Of a DNA stretch of 64,000 nt, positions 49,663 to 58,066 are shown in pieces. Each line of letters opens with the position of its first letter. Within the stretch, counting starts at the first letter, position 1. The stretch is taken from positions 32,001 to 96,000 of the IMG/VR virus record IMGVR_UViG_3300026484_000105. The stretch is one strand, 5' to 3'. The DNA comes from a virus. Under the pieces are notes generated by a model. It had not been told where the DNA came from. It did no database searches and was given only the letters and a program-made list of their open reading frames with translations. The position numbers were made by a program, and so were the translations under genes.

Positions 49663-50468
49663 TGTTCCTCCTCAATAGGATCCAAATTATACTTAGGTAT
49701 GGAATATGCTTTCTTTTCTTCCATATCTAGGATCGAATATAAACCAGATTTGAGTATCTTAATGAACCCAACCTTCTTACCGATCAGTTCTCTATGGGTC
49801 ATACCCAGATCTCTACTGCCATTGACAGTAAAATACTTTATATCATCGAGTATGAGATCTACAATATTACTTTCAGTTTTCCATGTTAACCAATATTGAT
49901 GCTCCTGGAATGTTCCTTCAGAATCTACATTAACAATATACTCTACATCCAACATAGTGTAACAGTACGGACATATAACTCTATGGTTATAGGGCTTGTG
50001 CTCTATGAGAGGAGATATATCATTATTGCAATTATCACATTCTATCTTAATGTCCTCAAGATCCCTAGATTTTATCTTTTCAATAACTGTAGTACGTGCG
50101 TTACTAGTATCTTTACTGCGAACCATAAGTTCTATATCAACATCTTGTTCGCCACCATCATGACGTTTAGAGTAAAACTTTTTACCACCCATCAGATCTA
50201 TAAGATCAGCTTCACTAGCTTTTTTTTCTTTTATTTTGTCAAGTACTTTTTGCACTTTTCTAACCTTTTCTAATAGTGACTTGTCTAGAGGTGTTTGTAT
50301 TACACCTTGCAAATCAACAATACTTACTTCAAATCCATCAGTACCCATGGCTTCAGCCACGGTACTTTTAAGTTCTTCCATAAATTCATCTGGAGTTTGT
50401 TTGGATTGTGAAACTATCTTTATACCACCAACTACTTTCTGTTTAAGGTCTTCCATGATTAATTCCAT
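49659..50468 (-). CDS. Hypothetical protein with zinc ribbon
   Basis: CDNC...CPYC; appears multi-modular. Confidence 0.7.
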   Translation of the reverse strand: MELIMEDLKQKVVGGIKIVSQSKQTPDEFMEELKSTVAEAMGTDGFEVSIVDLQGVIQTPLDKSLLEKVRKVQKVLDKIKEKKASEADLIDLMGGKKFYSKRHDGGEQDVDIELMVRSKDTSNARTTVIEKIKSRDLEDIKIECDNCNNDISPLIEHKPYNHRVICPYCYTMLDVEYIVNVDSEGTFQEHQYWLTWKTESNIVDLILDDIKYFTVNGSRDLGMTHRELIGKKVGFIKILKSGLYSILDMEEKKAYSIPKYNLDPIEEEQ

Positions 50469-51157
50469 GCATAAAGATTATTACTGATATAGCCGCATGT
50501 AGCGATAATCTCTTTTTCCATAATTGCTCTACCAGCTATAAGTTCAAGACTTGTTGCATCTACATAGTAATCTTTCTCTTCAGCAAACTCCATAAGATCA
50601 TCTGGTAATATAACATGATCTATCCAACCATCAAACCCTTTAAGTATTTCAACCTTATGATCAGGATGAACTAAATATAACCTATACCATTTACAAGTAT
50701 TCTCTACAGTTATAACTGGTTTATCAGCTTTGGTATGTCTATATACTAAGGGTACATTGCCTTTGGTGCTATAGTACGTAGTATAGTCATTGTCTATGGT
50801 TAGACCTATAAGTATATCTAAGGCCTTAAGTGCGTTGAATTTAACATTAGTGTCGGCACCCTTTAATACCTCTTTTATACTGCCCTCTAATGGACTTAAC
50901 ATATGTAAATGTTTATATTGATTTATTGTCTCTCCAGTTGACAAGTTAAATATCTTATAACACCGATGTTCAGATGCACTATTTTCCAATTTACAAGAAT
51001 CTGGTTCTAATACTATTATTAAATCACCAGATTCATTTTGTTTATAAACTACATGTCCAAATTTAATTATATCGCCATTGGCATCCAAATGTCCAATGCA
51101 TTTTCTACCATTATAATATAAACAACCGTCTCTTATTTCAGTATTTGCTTTTTTCAT
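50459..51157 (-). CDS. Hypothetical protein
   Basis: Likely start MKKAN at 51157 after AAGGA. Confidence 0.7.
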   Translation of the reverse strand: MKKANTEIRDGCLYYNGRKCIGHLDANGDIIKFGHVVYKQNESGDLIIVLEPDSCKLENSASEHRCYKIFNLSTGETINQYKHLHMLSPLEGSIKEVLKGADTNVKFNALKALDILIGLTIDNDYTTYYSTKGNVPLVYRHTKADKPVITVENTCKWYRLYLVHPDHKVEILKGFDGWIDHVILPDDLMEFAEEKDYYVDATSLELIAGRAIMEKEIIATCGYISNNLYAWN

Positions 51158-51167
51158 TTTATTCCTT

Positions 51168-51863
51168 TTAGTATGCTGTTGGTATCCATTTTCTACCACC
51201 GTAGAAGTCCTCTTTAACACGTAATCTAATTTTAGGTATATAGTAATTCTCATTCAGATCTCTAACATAGTCCTTAACGTCACTTATAAGGGTATCGTAA
51301 CTATCCGATTCAAGTTCATATATTGTACGTGGCATAAGGTATGATTGAGTAAGTTCAGATTTCCAATCTCTGATCCCACCATCTGTAAAAGGTACTTTCA
51401 CCTCTGCCCTATATACTCCATCCAATTTATGAATAACGGCCCATACGAAGACATCATTATCGTAGTCGGGTGTAGTTTCATCATCAAGGTTTGACGTAGT
51501 TTCCCTTTTATTTGGACTGCTTTTTTCCTTAGCTCCCTCAACTATAGCACAAATGATTTGACAGATTTCATCTGTATTCAAATTTGTTGCTATTGGCTTA
51601 TCATCAGTCCTAATACTTTTTTCTACAGTGGTATAGTCGGTAGTCCATATTTTTATACCTAATGTTTTGGATATCATACTCATAACCTTAACTCTACGCA
51701 CATTTGTAAGTAGTTCAGAAATAGGTTTAAAGTAATTAAACTCAACTCTATAATACACCCTACCCTTAAACCAAGCTTTCTCCTCTACGAAAACATCAAC
51801 ATTGTCTTTTATAGCATTTGTAACTATATTAGTTACCATCATTTTTGTATTTAACTTTTTCAT
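51168..51863 (-). CDS. Hypothetical protein
   Basis: 231 aa within a co-oriented operon. Confidence 0.7.
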   Translation of the reverse strand: MKKLNTKMMVTNIVTNAIKDNVDVFVEEKAWFKGRVYYRVEFNYFKPISELLTNVRRVKVMSMISKTLGIKIWTTDYTTVEKSIRTDDKPIATNLNTDEICQIICAIVEGAKEKSSPNKRETTSNLDDETTPDYDNDVFVWAVIHKLDGVYRAEVKVPFTDGGIRDWKSELTQSYLMPRTIYELESDSYDTLISDVKDYVRDLNENYYIPKIRLRVKEDFYGGRKWIPTAY

Positions 51864-52512
51864 TTTTCTTTCCTATTATACTTGATATTACCTCATGTAA
51901 TAATTTTGTATCATCTACACAATATTTCATTAATTTATCACCAGACATATTAAAACAGTCATTAGCCTCACCAACATGTTTTATTCCTCTACCGAGTTCA
52001 GCTTTAGCCATATCATTCAGACCAAATGCTAATTCATGTTCTTCAAGATTGTTATAAAATGTGTTCATATCCATAAACTTAAAATTAGTAGGCAATTCAA
52101 CCGTATATGTATAATTCCATATTTCTAATGGAGATGCCTTTTTATCATTCATGCCTGTTCTGTCTATAACGATACTTACGTCCTTGTCAGGGTATTTACT
52201 ATCTGGATCTACCAAATGTCTAAGCGATACACCTAATGTCTCAGCACGTCTACTTATAGTATTTAAGAACGCATCTAAAAAGCTAACTAAAACATAATCA
52301 TAATCTAAACTATCTAATGTTCTAAAGAAACTTTGTATCATAGATTCCTCATCAGGGAAATCTTTGATATTAAATATGAAAGTACTATCGCATGGGCTGT
52401 TATCTTTTACGATAACAAACCCATATAATGGACCGACACCTAAATTTTCTCTTATAACAGAATACTCGAAATCAATTGCTGCTATCTTACTATGTTTATT
52501 TACATCATACAT
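51829..52512 (-). CDS. Stand-alone DnaQ/PolB-type 3'-5' exonuclease-like protein
   Basis: ExoI AAIDFEYS, EESMIQSFF, FKFMDM, FGLNDMAKAELG and ExoIII KYCVDD. Confidence 0.7.
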   Translation of the reverse strand: MYDVNKHSKIAAIDFEYSVIRENLGVGPLYGFVIVKDNSPCDSTFIFNIKDFPDEESMIQSFFRTLDSLDYDYVLVSFLDAFLNTISRRAETLGVSLRHLVDPDSKYPDKDVSIVIDRTGMNDKKASPLEIWNYTYTVELPTNFKFMDMNTFYNNLEEHELAFGLNDMAKAELGRGIKHVGEANDCFNMSGDKLMKYCVDDTKLLHEVISSIIGKKNEKVKYKNDGN

Positions 52513-52523
52513 TTAAACCTCTC

Positions 52524-53135
52524 TTAATTTATTTTAGAATCAGACATAAAACCTACCATTAAGGCCTTGAATGATCTGAATTCTGAAAGTTCTTCTTCTA
52601 ATCTTTTACTGGTTATAAACAGTCCAATTGCGGCGATCACCTGGTTGCTAACTTTACCACTATAAATAGATGACCTAATGCTACTTTCGCTAACGCCTAC
52701 TATCTTACCTAAATCAGCATATGTTAGGAGATAATCCTTGCACACCTGTTTTATTAAAGCTTTACCCTCATTGTTAATTCTAGGCTCCGTTTGTTCTGCA
52801 GTATCACTGTCATAGACATTATCTAGAAGTAGGGCCAATTTCATATTTCTACAATGCTTTACGCCAATACCATAATTTATATTAGAATAATCAAATTCAT
52901 ATTCTAGAATTTCATTACGCATAGTTAATAAGGTTAATAAGGCCTTTTCGTATGTCATTATTTGATGATTACCTTCATAATCGGATATTCCTACCATAAT
53001 TGTTTTACGTAGTTTACTTCTTATCTTAAGTTTCAAGCAAACATTCTTACAATTTATGGATGATGTATATCTATTTATAGTAATGTATGTATATCCTGTG
53101 TTCGTTCGTTTCATACTTCGTCCATCTATTCGCAT
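52524..53135 (-). CDS. Protein with C-terminal XRE-type HTH
   Basis: LIKQVCKDYLLTYADLGKIVGVSESSIRSSIYSGKVSNQVIAAIGLF...LEEELSEFRSFK. Confidence 0.7.
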   Translation of the reverse strand: MRIDGRSMKRTNTGYTYITINRYTSSINCKNVCLKLKIRSKLRKTIMVGISDYEGNHQIMTYEKALLTLLTMRNEILEYEFDYSNINYGIGVKHCRNMKLALLLDNVYDSDTAEQTEPRINNEGKALIKQVCKDYLLTYADLGKIVGVSESSIRSSIYSGKVSNQVIAAIGLFITSKRLEEELSEFRSFKALMVGFMSDSKIN

Positions 53136-53180
53136 CTTATTTCTCCTATTTATTTACTTATCCCACTCATTTGAGTTTTC

Positions 53181-54242
53181 TTAGATTTCCTTATTTAAAA
53201 TCTTAGTTACAATATTAGAACCAACTTCACCTTTTTTGTCATATACTAATCTAGTAAATACATCACCAACTGTTCCAGCTTGTAAGTAATCACTAGTTGA
53301 AATAAGACTACCTGCATATCTAATCTTTTCTATATTACCAGTAAAGTAAACCGTCTTCTTATCCTTATGAAACAAAGCATACGTTGCAACAGATGCCCAC
53401 GCATGTGATTTATAACCAGGTATATGTATGATTATTACTTTAGCATTGTCTACTTTAGTAAGTATGTCATTCTTAGCCTCTTCGAGGCCGTCAAGATTAT
53501 ATGCTACTGATCTACGTTCTGTTTGAAGTTTACAATCATATGCATATTTAGCAGTGGGATCACGCTTATCATCAAGGCGTTCTTGCATCTCCTTTTTAAT
53601 AGCTGAGACTTTACCAGATACTTTCGTAAAGAACTTATTAACAGATACTTTACCCTCTAGATTAGCTCTCTTAATCTCAGCTTCAAGTTCTTCCATTCTG
53701 GAAGCAGTACTATTTCTAATTGACGTTTGACCATAGTAGAATATGATGGCATCTTTAGGTTCTTTCTTACTAAGAGCCTCCTCACGCTGTTGATTTAGTT
53801 TAATAGCCAAATTATCTACACCAATATTATTGGCAATACTATGCGCTCTGAAGGTTAATGCTGCACCTTGTCCATCGTTTAAACCAGTTGGCAACATACC
53901 AGTTACTAAATAATTTATCCCGTAATACCCTTCAATAAGTAGAACTATTTCAAAGTCTGATGATTTAGTTTCTGGCTTAATTGGCATACTGAAAATTTCA
54001 TGTAACTTAGTATAGATATTTATGAAATTATCATTACCAGGTAACGTCATTAGATCATTATGGTACACATCTAAATGTACCGACCCAATCATATTCTTGA
54101 TGTCTTCAAACTTAATACCGTTATCAAATATTGAATCACCAATCTTAATAACGTTAACAACACATGTACCAGTTGTTTCATCCATACGTCTATTGTCATG
54201 CGTAGGTACTCTAAAGTAATTTTCTATTAGATCCAGTTCCAT
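53181..54242 (-). CDS. Hypothetical early protein; possible degenerate NDT-like Rossmannoid C-domain
   Basis: Likely start MELDL at 54242 after AAGGAG; the ORF-track ATG lies inside the leader element. C-terminal KVDNAKVIII...ATYALFHKDKKTVYF. Confidence 0.65.
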   Translation of the reverse strand: MELDLIENYFRVPTHDNRRMDETTGTCVVNVIKIGDSIFDNGIKFEDIKNMIGSVHLDVYHNDLMTLPGNDNFINIYTKLHEIFSMPIKPETKSSDFEIVLLIEGYYGINYLVTGMLPTGLNDGQGAALTFRAHSIANNIGVDNLAIKLNQQREEALSKKEPKDAIIFYYGQTSIRNSTASRMEELEAEIKRANLEGKVSVNKFFTKVSGKVSAIKKEMQERLDDKRDPTAKYAYDCKLQTERRSVAYNLDGLEEAKNDILTKVDNAKVIIIHIPGYKSHAWASVATYALFHKDKKTVYFTGNIEKIRYAGSLISTSDYLQAGTVGDVFTRLVYDKKGEVGSNIVTKILNKEI

Positions 54243-54271
54243 ATTAAACTCCTTGTTTATCATTGTATTTA

Positions 54272-54324
54272 TTGATACTACCATGTATCTACTATAATAA
54301 TATACGATTGAAAATATTTTGAAA
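54272..54324 (-). promoter_or_regulatory. Early-type promoter motif plus leader element (copy D)
   Basis: TTTCAAAATATTTTCAATCGTATATTATTATAGTAGATACATGGTAGTATC; heads a ~7.7-kb co-oriented gene run. Confidence 0.72.
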
Positions 54325-54388
54325 ATAAAACTTTAATGGCAAACATATGCTTGATGAATAATAAGATAAGTAAATAAAAGGATAAAAT

Positions 54389-55825
54389 ATGGCTATTAAA
54401 TTTAATGTACCAAAACCAAGACAGGCCAGGGTACTAATTAATATTGGTGCATCTTTTGACATCCCTACTGGATTTCCAGTTACTGGTGCTAAAGGAGAAA
54501 CAATTTGGAATGGTGGAATCGGTTTAACTACTGGAGTTATTGGTAGAAGTAATAACTTTAAATCATCAATCATGCACTATATGATGTTATCTGCGGCTGA
54601 TAAAATAGCCTATACAAATGAAACTTCAATGCACCTTTATGATACTGAGGTTACTGCTATACCTGAAAGGCTTGATGAATTAGGTCATAAGTTTGAGAAC
54701 CTTGGTTCAGATATTGCTACAAGAGAAGACCCACCTTTGGTTATAACAGATAAATCACAATATGCTGCTGATGAGTGGTCTGCATTACTTAAGGACTTTT
54801 TAGCTGAAAAAGAAAAGAGTAAGGATTCTATTATAGACTATACTCCATTTAAAGATCCAAATACTAAGGGGATGCTTAGAACACAGGTTCCTACATTTGT
54901 TGAGATTGATTCACTATCTGAATTTGAAGCTGGTACTACTATAGAGATGCTTAATAAAAATAGAACAGATGATTCATCTACAAATACGTTGTTCATGAGG
55001 CAAGCTCTATTTAAAACCAAGTTCTTAGCAGAGTTACCAAGACTTACTACAAATAGCAATACATTCTTTTTCATGACTGCACACCTTGGTGAAGAGATAG
55101 CAATGGGTGGTGGTCCTTATTCTCCTGGTCCAACTAAGAAACTACAGTTCTTAAAAATGGGTGATAAGATTAAAGGTGTATCTGATAAGTTTCTATTCCT
55201 TATGTCCAATGCATGGTACGCGTCAGGCGTTACGGTATTAAAAAATCAAACAACTAAGTTACCAGAATACCCAGCTGATAATAAAGCGGAGTCTACTGAA
55301 ACAGAGTTGCAGATAGTTAGACTCACGCAACTTAGAAGTAAATCTGGTATATCTGGCTATACATTAGATATAGTAGTTTCACAAAATGAGGGAGTTCTTC
55401 CTACACTTACAGAGTTTCACCAAATTAAAACGAATGGTAGATTTGGTATAAGTGGTAGTAATATCAGCTATAATTTAGATCTTCTTCCAGAAGTTAAACT
55501 TGGTAGAACCACAGTTAGAAGTAAGATAGATAATAATCCTTTATTAAGAAGAGCTATAAATATAACTAGTGAACTTGCTCAGTTACATAAATTTCATCCT
55601 AAGTTAGCTGAAGAAGAGTTATTATGTACTCCTATGGAGTTATATGAAGATATAAAGAAACTAGGTTATGATTGGGAGATATTGCTAAATAGTAGAGGTT
55701 GGTGGACTCCTAATAACTATAAAACAGAAATACCTTTCTTAAGTACTATGGACCTTCTTAAGATGAGAAAGGAAAGATATGTGCCTTATTGGTATCCAAA
55801 AGATAAATTAAAAGGAGACAAGTAA
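54389..55825 (+). CDS. uvsX: UvsX/RecA-like recombinase (phiKZ gp152-like)
   Basis: INIGASFDIPTG, Walker A variant GRSNNFKS, YDTE, Walker B VEIDSLS, MTAH and LRSKSGISG. Confidence 0.9.
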   Translation: MAIKFNVPKPRQARVLINIGASFDIPTGFPVTGAKGETIWNGGIGLTTGVIGRSNNFKSSIMHYMMLSAADKIAYTNETSMHLYDTEVTAIPERLDELGHKFENLGSDIATREDPPLVITDKSQYAADEWSALLKDFLAEKEKSKDSIIDYTPFKDPNTKGMLRTQVPTFVEIDSLSEFEAGTTIEMLNKNRTDDSSTNTLFMRQALFKTKFLAELPRLTTNSNTFFFMTAHLGEEIAMGGGPYSPGPTKKLQFLKMGDKIKGVSDKFLFLMSNAWYASGVTVLKNQTTKLPEYPADNKAESTETELQIVRLTQLRSKSGISGYTLDIVVSQNEGVLPTLTEFHQIKTNGRFGISGSNISYNLDLLPEVKLGRTTVRSKIDNNPLLRRAINITSELAQLHKFHPKLAEEELLCTPMELYEDIKKLGYDWEILLNSRGWWTPNNYKTEIPFLSTMDLLKMRKERYVPYWYPKDKLKGDK

Positions 55826-56050
55826 TGTGGTTTATATCTAAAGAGATTATATTCTATATTAAATATAAAACCATGAAATTCATTACTAATTTAAATAATT
55901 ATTTAACACCTAGATAATGTTAGTGGTACAGGAGGGTATCCTGGGTGTAGTTTGGACATAGTGCCCCATAAAGGGGTTAAAAGTAAAGTTAATAGATATC
56001 CTATAATGGAAACTAAATTAAACATTAATGAAATATAAAAGGAAGTTTAA

Positions 56051-56479
56051 ATGGCTGTAAGTGAGAATTTTGGTACAGTAGATATGTCTACTCCTAAGAA
56101 TATGGAGGTTAATAAACCAAAGGTTAATGCATTAAGCATTTTCAATACCCCAAGAGTTGAGGGTGAACCAGACCTAGTTGCAATTATAAATAAAGAACTA
56201 TGTACAATTTATGGGGATGTTGCAGGCGCTATGTTTGTTAATAGTGCAGATATAGTAAATATAAAAGATCTCAATCCTATATCGCAACGCATTATTATAA
56301 ATAGATGGTTTACTACAGCTCTATTTATTTATCGTTCTATAAATAATGATAAAGATGTTAATGAGATTTTGTTACATATCATTAATGACGGCACGGTTAA
56401 CGAGTGGAAAGATCAACTAACCCTAGTTGTGATAGAATTCTTTAAAATAAGAAATGTTCTTGGTATAGCTAAAAGCTAG
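56051..56479 (+). CDS. Hypothetical protein
   Basis: 142 aa; AAGGA SD. Confidence 0.7.
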   Translation: MAVSENFGTVDMSTPKNMEVNKPKVNALSIFNTPRVEGEPDLVAIINKELCTIYGDVAGAMFVNSADIVNIKDLNPISQRIIINRWFTTALFIYRSINNDKDVNEILLHIINDGTVNEWKDQLTLVVIEFFKIRNVLGIAKS

Positions 56480-56509
56480 TTAATTTGATAATATAAAAAG
56501 GATTGAAGA

Positions 56510-57322
56510 ATGAATGAATCTAATCATAATTTAAGATACGCTAAAGTATTAAACAATGAAGATGATAAAGTAGACAATAATAGAACAGTAGCAATTAAGG
56601 TTTTAGGTACAAGTCCCATTGTAGCAGGTGTTTATGTAGATAGAATAACTGGTAAAAATGGTTCAGATTATGGTACGTTAAGTACAATCAGTACAAATAC
56701 ACCACGATTGGATAAAGATCATAAGAACTTCTTATTTGACGACACCAAAGATGAAGAGGGTAATTTAAAATACCCAGATAGATTTAAATATCTTGGTGTA
56801 GCTCAGAGTATCATTAGTAAATTATATGTTACGATTTATTATGATAATCTATTTAAAGATATTCTTATTATTCCAGATATGGAAACACTTGGTACTGATG
56901 ATGTAGGTATAGATTTTTATGAAAACAATACTATTACGTTAGTAGCATATAGTGTCGGTAGAGGTGATTTTAAAGAACGCCCAGAAAAGTCAATAATGCA
57001 ACCTTTATATGTAGATAATACTGATGGTATACCTGAACCAGATAAGTTTGATAAAACAACTACATTGCTGGTATCTACATTTGGTTTAAGTATTAATTCT
57101 ACATTAAGTAGTAGATTTATAACTTTGGATGATAATAATACCGTTAGTAGTGAAAAAGGTGTGCCTTTACAATATATTCAATTACCAAACAATGATGACA
57201 TATTTGAAGATGGTACTCTAGTTGCTACTAATAATATGATACAACAATTTCATGATGGGCTATGTATAGATTATGTTGGTATGAAAAAAATAGAAAAAAT
57301 AGTTATACCTATAGTGTTCTAG
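56510..57322 (+). CDS. Hypothetical protein
   Basis: 270 aa; AAGGA SD. Confidence 0.7.
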   Translation: MNESNHNLRYAKVLNNEDDKVDNNRTVAIKVLGTSPIVAGVYVDRITGKNGSDYGTLSTISTNTPRLDKDHKNFLFDDTKDEEGNLKYPDRFKYLGVAQSIISKLYVTIYYDNLFKDILIIPDMETLGTDDVGIDFYENNTITLVAYSVGRGDFKERPEKSIMQPLYVDNTDGIPEPDKFDKTTTLLVSTFGLSINSTLSSRFITLDDNNTVSSEKGVPLQYIQLPNNDDIFEDGTLVATNNMIQQFHDGLCIDYVGMKKIEKIVIPIVF

Positions 57323-57331
57323 GAGAATGAC

Positions 57332-58024
57332 ATGGATAAAAAAAGAAAAGACGTTCAGGATTTTATCCTTAAGTATGTAAATAAGATAGCTCCTGGTGGT
57401 TACAACCAGGAGCTATATGAAGACTTGTTTAATAAGATGTCAGATAAACAATTTAAAGAGTTTATGCTAAAACTAAAAAATAAAGAGCTTACGATATCTA
57501 TCATTGCTCCTGTTAGCGGTAGCGTTAAATTAGATACTAAGAGGAACTTTAAAATAGGCAGAGAGCTTGGTCATGAGTTCTTCCAACCGTTAGTTATAGG
57601 ACCCAAAGGGAATAAAGCAGATGGGACTTATATACCTAAGTTTAAAACTCCTTTAAAATATCTAGTATTTGATCTACCTATAAGAAGAACAGCACAACTT
57701 CTAATGAAAGGTATATCTGTTGGTACAGATAATAACGTTATTGACTTAACTACTGGTCAAGTTACAGGTGATTCTAAATCATCCAAATTAACTAAACCCG
57801 AATTAGAACTTCTTGTTGGTATGGGTCTAAATAAAAGTATACTAGAGCTTATGAAGATAAGAGGTGGTGATTTAGGTTCAGCTAGAGCAGCCGATGCCTC
57901 TATAGCTAGAACAGGTATGGTTAGTCAAGATGCGATTGAACCATATGCCACAGGAGTTGTTTCTACAAAAACTCTTAACACTATGTTCAATGCTGCACAT
58001 TTAACAACAACATTAAATAAATAA
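57332..58024 (+). CDS. vRNAP beta C-terminal subunit (phiKZ gp149-like)
   Basis: RKDVQDFILKY, LPIRRTAQLLMK, DLTTGQVTGDSKSSKLTKPE, ELMKIRGGD and AAHL correspond to the beta C-terminal region. Confidence 0.88.
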   Translation: MDKKRKDVQDFILKYVNKIAPGGYNQELYEDLFNKMSDKQFKEFMLKLKNKELTISIIAPVSGSVKLDTKRNFKIGRELGHEFFQPLVIGPKGNKADGTYIPKFKTPLKYLVFDLPIRRTAQLLMKGISVGTDNNVIDLTTGQVTGDSKSSKLTKPELELLVGMGLNKSILELMKIRGGDLGSARAADASIARTGMVSQDAIEPYATGVVSTKTLNTMFNAAHLTTTLNK

Positions 58025-58055
58025 CTATGTATGGGTATAACCCATACATAGTTAT
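58021..58055. terminator. Bidirectional hairpin
   Basis: ATAACTATGTATGGG-TATAA-CCCATACATAGTTAT. Confidence 0.75.
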
Positions 58056-58066
58056 CTTTACTTCTT

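Noticed and set aside
12878-54324. Dispersed GATAC...GTATC repeats as CRISPR repeats or integron attC sites
   Set aside because: Copies are 10-18 kb apart with no spacer array, no cas or integrase gene is in the window, and there are no attC R/L boxes.
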